Virus record (IMG/VR): IMGVR_UViG_3300033149_002325
Span: 1 to 24,587 of that record
Strand: one strand, 5' to 3'
Length of the DNA stretch: 24,587 bases
DNA from: a virus
Lineage: Duplodnaviria; Caudoviricetes
The position numbers and the translations under genes are program-made. The notes under the pieces were generated by a model. It was not told where the DNA came from. It made no database searches and was given only the letters and a program-made list of their open reading frames with translations. The stretch's first letter is position 1. Every line of letters starts with the position of its first letter. Below are positions 15,445-24,587 of this stretch, piece after piece.

Positions 15445-16608
15445 ATGGGTGGTACCGAAAAAGCCGAAGGATTTGAAGTTTTAGAACAAAGACTCGCGGA
15501 GATAAAAGCCGGTGACACGGATCTTGAATCGAGTAAAATTACGGACGGTGTTTCTGACATTGAGTCAGAAAAAGCTACTGGGGAGGTAAATGAAGAAGCT
15601 TCCCCTAAAGAAGAAGTTGATGAATTAACTTCTGAAAAAGGTGAGGAGGAGATTGTTTCAGAAAGTGATGTTTCTGATTCGACCGACAATGTTTATTCTC
15701 CGAATTACCAATATAAATTTCAGGATGAAATGTTTGAGTTTGATGAGAGGGTGAAGCCGGTAATCAAATCTAAAGAAGATGAAGATTTCTTTAGAGATCT
15801 TTATACGAAATCTCGGGCTATGGAAATGATGAAGGAACGGGCTGAAAATGTATCAAAAGATTTAGACAGTTATAAAGGTAAGGTAAGCGAGTATGAAGCT
15901 CAACTTCCGTCTTTAAAACAAGATTTAAGTCAAAAAGATTCTATGATAGATTATTTCAGCAAGATTATGGATGGAGTGAACAGGGGTGATGCCAATTCAT
16001 TCAACCAGTTTCTTAGTCTATGTAATGCAAGTCCAGAGGCATTGCGTTCTCTTGGTGTGACAATGGCAGAACATTTAGAAAATCCTGCCGAGTACAGTAA
16101 TGTGATATTACAGAATCAGAACAACTATCGGCAGCAAAATGTTGAGCGTGATAGCAAGGCATTAGATGCAGATAGAGCTGATCTGGCAGCACAAAGAACG
16201 CAACTAGAAGTTACAAAAGCAGTTCAAAATCCTGAAATTGCTGAATTAGTAAAGTATGTTGACGACACATGGGGCGCTGGTACTTTTGAAAACAGAGTTT
16301 GGTCTGAAGGCGAAGCTCTCGCTCATAAACGTAAATTAGAAAATCCAAACGCTATTGTTGGACTTGAAGAAATACCTAACATTGTTAAAAGTGTGGCTGA
16401 TTGGTTTAGCAAGGCAAGGCCAGCTTCAGTTGAGACAAAATCTCCCCCAGTCGTCGAGACAAAACAAAGAATAGTTGATAATCCTACAGAATCTCTCCCT
16501 AAAGTTAGAGGTGATCGCGGCATTCCCGATAAACCAGTCTATGCTTCGGGTTCAGGCATGGATGGACTTGAAAAACGGTATAAAGAAATTACCGGGGAAG
16601 ATTATTGA
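15445..16608 (+). CDS. putative capsid scaffolding protein
   Basis: Acidic N-terminus and coiled-coil character; lies between portal and capsid. ATG 15445 has a GGAGG RBS (ORF track start is 15433). Confidence 0.7.
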   Translation: MGGTEKAEGFEVLEQRLAEIKAGDTDLESSKITDGVSDIESEKATGEVNEEASPKEEVDELTSEKGEEEIVSESDVSDSTDNVYSPNYQYKFQDEMFEFDERVKPVIKSKEDEDFFRDLYTKSRAMEMMKERAENVSKDLDSYKGKVSEYEAQLPSLKQDLSQKDSMIDYFSKIMDGVNRGDANSFNQFLSLCNASPEALRSLGVTMAEHLENPAEYSNVILQNQNNYRQQNVERDSKALDADRADLAAQRTQLEVTKAVQNPEIAELVKYVDDTWGAGTFENRVWSEGEALAHKRKLENPNAIVGLEEIPNIVKSVADWFSKARPASVETKSPPVVETKQRIVDNPTESLPKVRGDRGIPDKPVYASGSGMDGLEKRYKEITGEDY

Positions 16609-16626
16609 GGTGAAAGGTAGTGAACA

Positions 16627-17865
16627 ATGACGCAAGAATTTTCGGCGTTGCTTAAAAGATATCGTCCCGTCAATATCCTTAAAGATGAGGTTAAGAAACG
16701 GGATTATATGTTTAGAAACGTGAAAAAAGACCCTAAGTGGAAGGGTGGAAGGTATCAGATACCTGTAAATACCGCCCCTGCTACTTCGGTTAAATTCGGA
16801 GCTTTAACGGCTGCCGATGCAATCGATAAAGCTAAAGGTACAATGGCCTATGAAACTGACTATATAACTGTAGTTCAGTCTTTGATTTTTGACCAGATGG
16901 ATTTGGCCGCCGGCGACAATTATGAAGGATCTTTTATAAAAGTTATGATGGATACTCTGGCTCCTGCTGCTAGATTTTATAAAGAAGTTATCTCTCATAG
17001 CATGTTGCTCGGATCAAGAATTGATTCTTTAACCGCTAACGGTGACGCTGCCGGTACTGGTATAGCAAATGTTAATTTCCCTGAACGGTTTGAGATTGAT
17101 CAGCTTTGCGTACTTAAAGATAGTGATTCGCAGGGAGCTTTTTATGTAATTGCTGTTGATCTTAATGCCAATACAGTTACATTTTCTGATACTCGCGGAG
17201 GTGCAGCTTCTTCGATTGCTGATTACACTACAGCTAAGAGCGCAGCTATTTATTACGACGGTACTATAAATACAAGTACCGGCGCTGCTCAGAATACAAT
17301 GAATAGTCTTAGAGATGCCCTTCTTTCAGCCGCTAATGGTGGAAGCGCTAATTTACACAATGTAGCAAAAGCTTCTTATAAACAGTGGCAAGCCCACCAG
17401 GAAGATTTGTCTGGTGCATCTGCTGCCGACCTTGTTGAATACTTATTTAAAGCATGGGTTAAGGCTAGTAGAAAAGGTAGAGGAAATCCTTCTGAGGTGT
17501 TGATAAGTTTTGATAATTTCCAGTACATTGTAAATTCACTTGAGACTAACAGAAGATTTTCCGTATCTGATCTTAAAGCTGGATACGGTTTTCAGTCTGT
17601 AAGACTCATGGGGCCGGGCGGAGCTTTAAAGCTTACGGCTCTCAGAGAGATGGATAATGATATTGCTCCTATCATTGATTGGAGTTCATTTAAACTTGCT
17701 GGAATGCGATTTTTTGAACCAGTTAAATCTCCTAAAAATGGTGATGTAGTTTTTGAAGTTAGAAATACTTCCGGGTACCAGTTTATCATGGATGTTATGT
17801 TTTATGGAAACTTGATCTTCCATCATCCTTCATACAATGGTATCGGATGTGGTATTTCTATATAG
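16627..17865 (+). CDS. major capsid protein
   Basis: 412 aa after the scaffold; GGRYQIPV-type E-loop region; followed by a strong terminator hairpin. Confidence 0.82.
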   Translation: MTQEFSALLKRYRPVNILKDEVKKRDYMFRNVKKDPKWKGGRYQIPVNTAPATSVKFGALTAADAIDKAKGTMAYETDYITVVQSLIFDQMDLAAGDNYEGSFIKVMMDTLAPAARFYKEVISHSMLLGSRIDSLTANGDAAGTGIANVNFPERFEIDQLCVLKDSDSQGAFYVIAVDLNANTVTFSDTRGGAASSIADYTTAKSAAIYYDGTINTSTGAAQNTMNSLRDALLSAANGGSANLHNVAKASYKQWQAHQEDLSGASAADLVEYLFKAWVKASRKGRGNPSEVLISFDNFQYIVNSLETNRRFSVSDLKAGYGFQSVRLMGPGGALKLTALREMDNDIAPIIDWSSFKLAGMRFFEPVKSPKNGDVVFEVRNTSGYQFIMDVMFYGNLIFHHPSYNGIGCGISI

Positions 17866-17878
17866 TGTTAATGTTGGT

Positions 17879-17908
17879 TGTAGGGGAGATAATCTCCCCT
17901 ACATTTTA
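17879..17908 (+). terminator. rho-independent terminator after the capsid gene
   Basis: TGTAGGGGAGA-TAA-TCTCCCCTACA followed by TTTT. Confidence 0.85.
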
Positions 17909-17923
17909 TAAAGGAGATTTTTA

Positions 17924-19510
17924 ATGAGTGCAATTTCAACTCGCATAAAAGAGATGCTCAACAGGATATATTTAGGAGCAAGAATTGCCAGCCTTGGAAC
18001 TATCATCCAGAATATTCAAAATCTCAGTGGAATAGTCCTTGCAAGAGGAAAAGTACCCGTTGGTAATAGCTCGGGAGTCGCTTCAGCCCTTGACGCTAAG
18101 GGCGATGGAAAGATTCTTGTAGGTGACGGCACTGATCTTAATTCTGTCGCAGTAAGCGGAGATGTTACATTAGCTAATGATGGGGCTGTGACAATCGCAG
18201 CAAATGCTGTTGAACCTTCTATGTTAAAGGATTTTAGTGGACAGGGCTATATTCTAAGGGGCGGCGCGAGTGGTGCCCCTGAAGAGTATGACGCCTCTGG
18301 TGATGGAAAGATTCTTATAGGAGATGGTTCCGACGTATCATCTGTTGCAGTAAGTGGGGATGTTACTATCACTAATGCTGGTGTTGTGTCAATTGGTGCC
18401 GCTAAAGTAGAAAATCCTATGATTGACAGAGATGAGTACGATATTGACTTAACGGCAGTTCCAGTAACTTTTGCCGGTGTAAAAACAGATGGAGATGTTG
18501 AGGAATGGTTAGTTCATGACAGTATAGGTTCTTGTCTCCAGTGTAAAAATATCGGAGACAAAACTTCTAATGCTACATGGGTGAGAGGTACCGGTGTTGA
18601 GCCAAATATTGACAATACAGATAATGAAGGTTGTGAAATTACAGTAAACGGTTCTTCTTCCGGGGCGGATGCATCTTTTATAGCAGGAACTGATGATTTT
18701 TTTGTTGAATCAAAAATTACAATTGCTGATGTTTCTGAACTTGATGAAGTGTATGTTGGTTTTAGAAAAGCCGAAGCTTTCCAGGCTGTTGTAGATAATT
18801 ACGACGAGATGCTAGCAGTAAATGTCAATGCTGGAGATGTTTATGTTGAATCAATATTAAATAATGGCAGTACAGTAGAAGTTGATACAACGGACAACAT
18901 TGCTGATGGTGAATACGTAATTGTCAGGATTGAGCATCAAAGCTCTGTCGGTTTATCAAGTGCTATATCGTTAGCAAACGATCTTAAAGCAAAGTATAAT
19001 GCACATTGTGCAGATACTGCTGATCATACTACCGCTGCTGACGACGTAAATACAATTGGGGCCGATGATGCCACAGATTTAGCAAGTCTTATAACTCTTG
19101 TAACGGAGATGTTGACAGACTATGCCGCTCATGATGATGATGCCGAACTTGGTGCAAATTGGGTATACCATGCTGCCCAGGAAGGCGGAGATCATAGTCT
19201 GGCAAGTGCCGTTGCTCCGACTGATCTTCCAGAATGTATTGCTAGATTAAATGATTTCAAGTCGAAGTACAATGCTCATGATGCAGATGGAACTTGCCAC
19301 GGCGTAGGTTCTAATCATGCTTCAGCAGTTGTAGATGCTTCTTCCTCTACAATTCAGACAGGTGTGAACGCTGCTCTTGCTGCTCCGTCTGTAACCGATC
19401 AATTTACATTTGATGATGGTGAAGAAGTAGTTCCTTTTATAAGGGTACTTAAGAGTAGTAGCGCTGCGGCTGCAACAACTATTGCATCCTTTAAATGTGG
19501 TAGATTATAG
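17924..19510 (+). CDS. virion structural protein (head fibre/decoration-like) with fibre repeats and a His-rich module
   Basis: Two GDGKIL-x-GDG...VAVSGDVT repeats 66 aa apart; G/A/D/S-rich; directly after the capsid gene. Confidence 0.65.
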   Translation: MSAISTRIKEMLNRIYLGARIASLGTIIQNIQNLSGIVLARGKVPVGNSSGVASALDAKGDGKILVGDGTDLNSVAVSGDVTLANDGAVTIAANAVEPSMLKDFSGQGYILRGGASGAPEEYDASGDGKILIGDGSDVSSVAVSGDVTITNAGVVSIGAAKVENPMIDRDEYDIDLTAVPVTFAGVKTDGDVEEWLVHDSIGSCLQCKNIGDKTSNATWVRGTGVEPNIDNTDNEGCEITVNGSSSGADASFIAGTDDFFVESKITIADVSELDEVYVGFRKAEAFQAVVDNYDEMLAVNVNAGDVYVESILNNGSTVEVDTTDNIADGEYVIVRIEHQSSVGLSSAISLANDLKAKYNAHCADTADHTTAADDVNTIGADDATDLASLITLVTEMLTDYAAHDDDAELGANWVYHAAQEGGDHSLASAVAPTDLPECIARLNDFKSKYNAHDADGTCHGVGSNHASAVVDASSSTIQTGVNAALAAPSVTDQFTFDDGEEVVPFIRVLKSSSAAAATTIASFKCGRL

Positions 19511-19517
19511 ATTGTAA

Positions 19518-19545
19518 ATAAAGGAGGGGAATTCCCCTCCTTTAT
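19518..19545 (+). terminator. hairpin/terminator, perfect 28-bp palindrome
   Basis: ATAAAGGAGGGGAATTCCCCTCCTTTAT. Confidence 0.75.
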
Positions 19546-19559
19546 ATGGTTGAGGTTAC

Positions 19560-19826
19560 ATGGGTATAGAAACAAAAATAAATGAAATAATAAACCATAT
19601 CATAGACATAAAAGAAGAGCAGGCCAGACAGGGTGAAAAAATTGACCAAAATACAGAAGATCTTAGAACACATATAGAGGGTGTAAAACAAAATAGAATT
19701 AGGATTGAAAATTTAGAAAAAATAAATGAGAGAAAAAAAGGAGCTGTAAAACTTCTTGTTACATTAAGCGGCATAATTGCCGGAATAGGGGCGGTTATGT
19801 CGGCGATATATAAATATTTGATATAA
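19560..19826 (+). CDS. coiled-coil protein with C-terminal transmembrane helix (XhlA/holin-like)
   Basis: 88 aa; heptad region ending RIENLE, then LLVTLSGIIAGIGAVMSAIY. Confidence 0.6.
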   Translation: MGIETKINEIINHIIDIKEEQARQGEKIDQNTEDLRTHIEGVKQNRIRIENLEKINERKKGAVKLLVTLSGIIAGIGAVMSAIYKYLI

Positions 19827-19838
19827 GGAGATAAATCA

Positions 19839-20663
19839 ATGTCAGTTTCTGTGGTTAATAATTTGTCAGCAGCAGAAATAAGTAAAAGTCAGCCAGTCGA
19901 TATCTTTACCGGGCTACCGTGTGCAATCGATTTAGCTAATGCGTTAAAAGCAACTATCAATGCGCATTATGCAGATGCCGGGGATTCGGGTGAAGAACAT
20001 ATTGCTGCTGATACAGCTATTTCTTCAGAAGATGCCGTGAGTTTAGTAACACTGATTACACTGGTAAGTGAGATGCAAGATAGTTATGTAGCGCATGATG
20101 ATGACGCAATTTTAGGTGCAAATTGGGTATATCATCAGGCGCAAGGAACGGAACGTGCTTTAGCAAGCGAAACAAATCCAACGACTTTATCAGAGTGCGT
20201 ATCTGTTTTAAACGATCTTAAGGCTAAACTTAATCTTCATGTTGCTGATGCAGTCGCGCATTCAAATGGCGATTCAAGTACTGAATCAACTGACGATGCG
20301 ACGGAATCGTTTGAGATAACAGATTCATATCAGGATATTTCCGGGATTATAAATGTAAAAGGTGCGAAAGCTGTTGTTTTTTGGGGAAATTACGACAAGG
20401 GTACTTCAGTTGATATGGAAATCAAAGCACTTGTTGGCTATGATGTTGACAATGTGGATTATGAATTTGTCATAGAGACAGTAAGTTCAGGAAAAGTAGA
20501 GATACAGGATGAAATCATTCAAACTGGAACAGATGCAGATTTAAAATTTGTTAGAGAATTTATTTTGAATGGTGCTGTAAATTATATGAAATTTCAATGC
20601 AAAGATAGTGCTGATGGAACAGGTCAATTAGATAAGGCCATGATAAGCGTAAGGTCGAGATAA
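19839..20663 (+). CDS. virion protein sharing the His-rich module with 17924-19510
   Basis: AHDDDAILGANWVYH and LNDLKAKLNLH match the upstream protein; AAGGAG RBS. Confidence 0.7.
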   Translation: MSVSVVNNLSAAEISKSQPVDIFTGLPCAIDLANALKATINAHYADAGDSGEEHIAADTAISSEDAVSLVTLITLVSEMQDSYVAHDDDAILGANWVYHQAQGTERALASETNPTTLSECVSVLNDLKAKLNLHVADAVAHSNGDSSTESTDDATESFEITDSYQDISGIINVKGAKAVVFWGNYDKGTSVDMEIKALVGYDVDNVDYEFVIETVSSGKVEIQDEIIQTGTDADLKFVREFILNGAVNYMKFQCKDSADGTGQLDKAMISVRSR

Positions 20664-20690
20664 TGAATAAGATTATGAAGGGTAACTAAT

Positions 20691-22406
20691 ATGGCTGGGT
20701 TTAGAGATGATGGAGTTGTAGGGACACGTAGTCGATTAGAATCAGCTATATATGTTGCTGATTCAACTGCAAGACTTGCTTTAGATCCGTCTATCGACGG
20801 GCAGTTAGTTGTTGAAGTTGATACTAATCAAGTTTATTCATGGGACGAAGGGAGTTCGACCTGGATACCTATAGGTGGTAGCCTATCTCCTTCTTCCGTA
20901 GATGACACAAATACTATTGACCATACAATAACCGACGGGGTATTAACATCAGATCTTGTATACCAGGATAGCAATAGTGTTAATCTAAGTGATGATGGCA
21001 GTGGCCTTAAAGCCGAAGTTATTGACTCCGGCGTCGATCATGGAAGTTTAGGGGGATTGGAAGGGGATGACCATTCACAATATCCTTTGTTAGCTGGAAG
21101 ATCTGGTGGTCAGCAATTATATGGTGGTTCTGATTCTGGAGATAATCTAATTCTTGAATCTACAAGTAATGGCACAAAAGGTAATGTCGAGATACAGGGT
21201 GGCCAACTTTTAGTCGATTATAATGGATCAGGAAGTGCTATTGCGTGGGCAAATTCAACATTGTCAAATATGAGCGGGAATTTTAAATTAGCAATCAATT
21301 CCAAAAATGGAAGCAATTCCCAAATTAATCTTTGCGAAGCTGGATCAAATAGGTGGTCAATATTAAATGACGGTAACGGCGAAGGTGATTTATTTGTGAT
21401 TAGCAGTGCTTCAGCCGGTAATGCAATTACAATTGCATATGCAACATCTTTAGCAACTTTTGTCAAAGGTTTAAATATTGCCGCGTCTACAGCATTATCA
21501 TGTGATGGAACAGACATTCTTTCTGATTCATCCGGTACTATGACTTTAAAAAATATAGATGCTCTTGATGCAACCTCTGTCACAACTATAGAGGGGGCAA
21601 TTACGCATGGAAATATTAATGGGTTAGACAGTGATGATCATTCACAATACCATAATGATACAAGAGGTGATGCACGATATTATCAAAAGTCTGAATTTTT
21701 AAATACCTCTGCCGGCGGTGGTGATGCAGGTAAGCCGGTTAAGTTAGACGCAGCCGGGCATATCGATGCCACAATGATTAATGATGGTGATGTGACACAT
21801 AATAGCACAGCAGGTAAACAGGGTGGAACAACAGATGAATACTATCATTTAACAAATACCCAACATACGATAGCGACGCAAGCAGCGGGGAGCAGTGTAA
21901 GTGGATATGTAACAACCGGCGCACAAAATTTAGCAGGAAATAAAACATTCGATGATGACGTAGTTGTTACCGGGGATCTAACAGTTAATGGTACTACGGT
22001 TACTTTAAATACTGCAACTTTAGATGTTGAGGACGTGAACATAACTGTTAATAATGGCGGTAATCAGGCAAGTGCGGATGATGCTGCTGGCATAACAGTT
22101 GAAATGTCAGATGCGACAGATGCAGTTATAATATATGATAAAGATGTTACTTCAAAGTGGAAACTCGGGGAAACTGGAAGTGCAGTCGAAATTGCAGATG
22201 TATCCAGTTCACAAACATTAACAAATAAAACGATTGATGCTGATAATAACTCAATCAGTAATATAGACAATGATGAAATCAAGGCAAATGCAGGGATTGA
22301 TGCCTCTAAAATAGCAGATGGTACTGTTTCTAATACTGAATTCCAATATATAAATTCTTTAAGTCATAACAACTCGTGGGGATATCATCCGTGGAAGTTC
22401 TGGTAA
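20691..22406 (+). CDS. tail fibre protein, N-terminal part (frame changes near 22363)
   Basis: G/D/T/S-rich fibre motifs: DDHSQY x2, GDLTVNGT, QTLTNKTID, ASKIADGTVSNTEFQY. Confidence 0.8.
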   Translation: MAGFRDDGVVGTRSRLESAIYVADSTARLALDPSIDGQLVVEVDTNQVYSWDEGSSTWIPIGGSLSPSSVDDTNTIDHTITDGVLTSDLVYQDSNSVNLSDDGSGLKAEVIDSGVDHGSLGGLEGDDHSQYPLLAGRSGGQQLYGGSDSGDNLILESTSNGTKGNVEIQGGQLLVDYNGSGSAIAWANSTLSNMSGNFKLAINSKNGSNSQINLCEAGSNRWSILNDGNGEGDLFVISSASAGNAITIAYATSLATFVKGLNIAASTALSCDGTDILSDSSGTMTLKNIDALDATSVTTIEGAITHGNINGLDSDDHSQYHNDTRGDARYYQKSEFLNTSAGGGDAGKPVKLDAAGHIDATMINDGDVTHNSTAGKQGGTTDEYYHLTNTQHTIATQAAGSSVSGYVTTGAQNLAGNKTFDDDVVVTGDLTVNGTTVTLNTATLDVEDVNITVNNGGNQASADDAAGITVEMSDATDAVIIYDKDVTSKWKLGETGSAVEIADVSSSQTLTNKTIDADNNSISNIDNDEIKANAGIDASKIADGTVSNTEFQYINSLSHNNSWGYHPWKFW

Positions 22407-23835
22407 TGTTGCTGAGAGATTAGCCGTTGGAACTGCTGATCAAGTTCTTGGTACGGATGGAACTGATGTATCATGGGTCGATATGGCTGGTGGAAGTGAA
22501 ATCAAACAAACTGAATCAACCCACGGATTTTCACTTCTTGATGCAATTTATCATGATGGAAGTAATTGGGTTAAAGCACAGGCCAATAGTTCCTCAACTC
22601 TGGCAACACATGTAGTGAGTGAAGTAATAGATTCTAATAATTTCAAAGCCAAAGCATTTGGTAGCATAACATCTACAGGACATGGATTAAGTGTAGGAGA
22701 ATATTATTTCTTAAGTGCTTCTTCTGCCGGTGCGGGGACTTCAACAGAGCCTACTACGGGGTATTCATGCCCGCTGTATTATGTACTTGATGCTAATACT
22801 GTTATCGGTATGGTGTACCGTCCTAATGTTATAGGGGACGGCATTACGAGTGATAGTGAAATTGGAGCAATAGTTCCTTTTGCCTGTGATTCGGCTCCAA
22901 CTGGATTTTTAGCTTGCGAAGGTCAAGCAATAAGTAGAACTACATATGCAGATTTATTTAACGTAATAGGTACTACATGGGGTGTTGGCGATGGTTCTAC
23001 AACATTTAATGTCCCTGATCTTCGCGGTATGTTTTTAAGAGGATCTGGTACTCATGGGTCTCTTACTATGGCTGATAGTAATCCATATGTTGGTCCATCT
23101 GTAGGGTCAAGTGAAAACGATCAATTCCAAGGTCACTGGCATTTATATGCAGCCGGATATCTGTGGGATGATTTTGCAAATAAAGGAACAACAAACAATA
23201 GTGGAAAGATTGCAAAAGGAGATGAAGGTGAGGGTGAACAGCCGATTGATATAGATGCGCCCGGAACAGATGGAACTAATGGTACTCCAAGGGTAGGAGA
23301 TGAAACTCGTCCAGTAAACTATGGGGTTAAATATTGTATAAGGTACGCTGCTAAAGCAGCATTACAAGGTGATAATTACTATAATGAGACAGTGTATCTT
23401 AAAGATGTAAAAGCCACTACGACAAATGGCGGGACATTTACAGCGACCGCATGGCGAACCAGGACTTTAAATACAGTTGAAAATTCTCAGGCATGGTGTT
23501 CATTAAATAGTAATCAGTTCACTTTAGCTGCTGGAGTTTATAAAGTAAAGGCTACTGCACCAGCATATGCCTGCAATAGCCATCAATGTAAAATATATAA
23601 TATTTCTGATTCTACAAATGATATTATAGGTAGCTCTGGTTATGCATATACAAGCAACGTACCAACAACTTTTTCTTTTGCAATAGGTATATTAGAGATA
23701 AATAGTTCTAAAACTTTTGAATTGCAACATTATTGTGCTTCTACTAAAACAGGCAATGGGTTTGGTGTTTCTGCCAATACTGGTTTAGATGAAATATATT
23801 CTATAGTTGAAATAGAACGGATTGGAGATGCCTAA
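22363..23835 (+). CDS. tail fibre protein, C-terminal part with tail-collar domain (first ATG at 22483)
   Basis: Frame is open from 22363 (VITTRGDIIRG...RLAVG..DQVL..DGTDVSW). Collar motif IGAIVPF...PTGFLACEG..ISRTTYADLF..IGTTWG..DGSTTFNVPDLRGMFLRG; QGHWH; ETRPVN. Confidence 0.85.
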   Translation, partial: VITTRGDIIRGSSGNVAERLAVGTADQVLGTDGTDVSWVDMAGGSEIKQTESTHGFSLLDAIYHDGSNWVKAQANSSSTLATHVVSEVIDSNNFKAKAFGSITSTGHGLSVGEYYFLSASSAGAGTSTEPTTGYSCPLYYVLDANTVIGMVYRPNVIGDGITSDSEIGAIVPFACDSAPTGFLACEGQAISRTTYADLFNVIGTTWGVGDGSTTFNVPDLRGMFLRGSGTHGSLTMADSNPYVGPSVGSSENDQFQGHWHLYAAGYLWDDFANKGTTNNSGKIAKGDEGEGEQPIDIDAPGTDGTNGTPRVGDETRPVNYGVKYCIRYAAKAALQGDNYYNETVYLKDVKATTTNGGTFTATAWRTRTLNTVENSQAWCSLNSNQFTLAAGVYKVKATAPAYACNSHQCKIYNISDSTNDIIGSSGYAYTSNVPTTFSFAIGILEINSSKTFELQHYCASTKTGNGFGVSANTGLDEIYSIVEIERIGDA

Positions 23836-24476
23836 TGAGTAGTTCGATAGCAATAGGTAAGGGATATTCAGGGGATGCTGTAGCCAGTAAAAGTACAAAT
23901 TATACTATCACTGATACGGATGGATATGGCAAAATTTTAGTAACTACAGGTTCTGTCGCTAATGTAACAATGACTTTACCTACGGCCGCAGATAATAGTG
24001 GCAGAATCCTTGAAATAATTAAAGTTGATTCAGGCACTAAATTTGTAGAAATAGCTCCTGAAGGTGCTGAGAATATCAGAGGAAGTAACACAAGTATATA
24101 TGCGATACAGGAAGGTGAAAGCATAAAATTATATTGTGATGGGACAGGGTGGATATTATTGGGGGATCCATTAAGAACTGTTGCAACTTTTATCGAATAT
24201 TCAGGTGGTACTCCTTCTGTTACTACTCAAACTGGAACTTTTATTTCTAGCATAACAGATGAAGGAACAGGTGATATGACAATAAATTTTGTATCTGGGA
24301 CATGGTCAGCGGCCCCATATTGTTCAGGAGTAACAAATGATGATGCTAGTAGTTATGCTAAACCTACAGTATCTGGAGCGGTAACTACTTCTGCTATAAG
24401 GATAAGACTCAATGACGCAGCAAGTACATCTAGAAAAGATTCGGATTCTTATTTAACTTTTGTAGGATATAAGTAA
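23835..24476 (+). CDS. fibre/virion structural protein
   Basis: 213 aa, S/T/G-rich; NYTITDTD, TMTLPTAADN-x-GR, LYCDGTGW; coupled TAATG start. Confidence 0.7.
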   Translation: MSSSIAIGKGYSGDAVASKSTNYTITDTDGYGKILVTTGSVANVTMTLPTAADNSGRILEIIKVDSGTKFVEIAPEGAENIRGSNTSIYAIQEGESIKLYCDGTGWILLGDPLRTVATFIEYSGGTPSVTTQTGTFISSITDEGTGDMTINFVSGTWSAAPYCSGVTNDDASSYAKPTVSGAVTTSAIRIRLNDAASTSRKDSDSYLTFVGYK

Positions 24477-24485
24477 GGGAAGACA

Positions 24486-24587
24486 ATGGTAACAATTAAA
24501 ATAAAAAAGAAAAAAGCCAAAGAAAAATACAAAGATATTTTAAAAGATGTTCAATCTTTCGTTATGCCGCATCATCTCCAAGTGTTA
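24486..24587 (+). CDS. partial ORF truncated by the window end
   Basis: AAGGGA RBS; MVTIKIKKKKAKEKYKDILKDVQSFVMPHHLQVL is open to the end. Confidence 0.6.
   Translation, partial: MVTIKIKKKKAKEKYKDILKDVQSFVMPHHLQVL

Noticed and set aside
22427-22615. 62-aa TTG-start ORF at the fibre junction
   Set aside because: Off-frame read; the fibre motifs are in the frame of 22483.
4692-24124. Minus-strand ORFs antisense to the main genes (e.g. 5445-5906, 10383-10673, 21218-21583)
   Set aside because: Shadow ORFs of well-supported + strand genes, with no motifs.

Overview
AT-rich fragment of a tailed dsDNA phage genome with a podovirus/P22-like head module. No integrase, RNA polymerase, tRNA or CRISPR is visible. 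From left to right: (1) a leftward T3-type SAM lyase gene with a consensus sigma70 promoter; (2) a ~1.2 kb non-coding control region with palindromes, two helically phased repeat arrays, a G-tract and back-to-back sigma70 promoters; (3) a rightward nucleotide-metabolism/replication block (metallophosphoesterase, a frameshifted endonuclease VII-HAD nucleotidase fusion, a DUF5664 dNTP diphosphohydrolase, and a family A DNA polymerase with two inteins); (4) an RNase H-like exonuclease, a ClpP-like protease, TerS/TerL, portal, scaffold, major capsid and fibre genes, one of them split by a frameshift. The most unusual element is the second polymerase intein. Its middle region is dual-coding: an HNH-type homing endonuclease sits in a different reading frame from the intein and appears to be decaying. 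Other points of interest are a His-rich module shared by two virion proteins, an apparently leaderless polymerase mRNA, a duplicated translation start, and CCGG over-representation. All calls come from motif reading by eye; no database searches were run.
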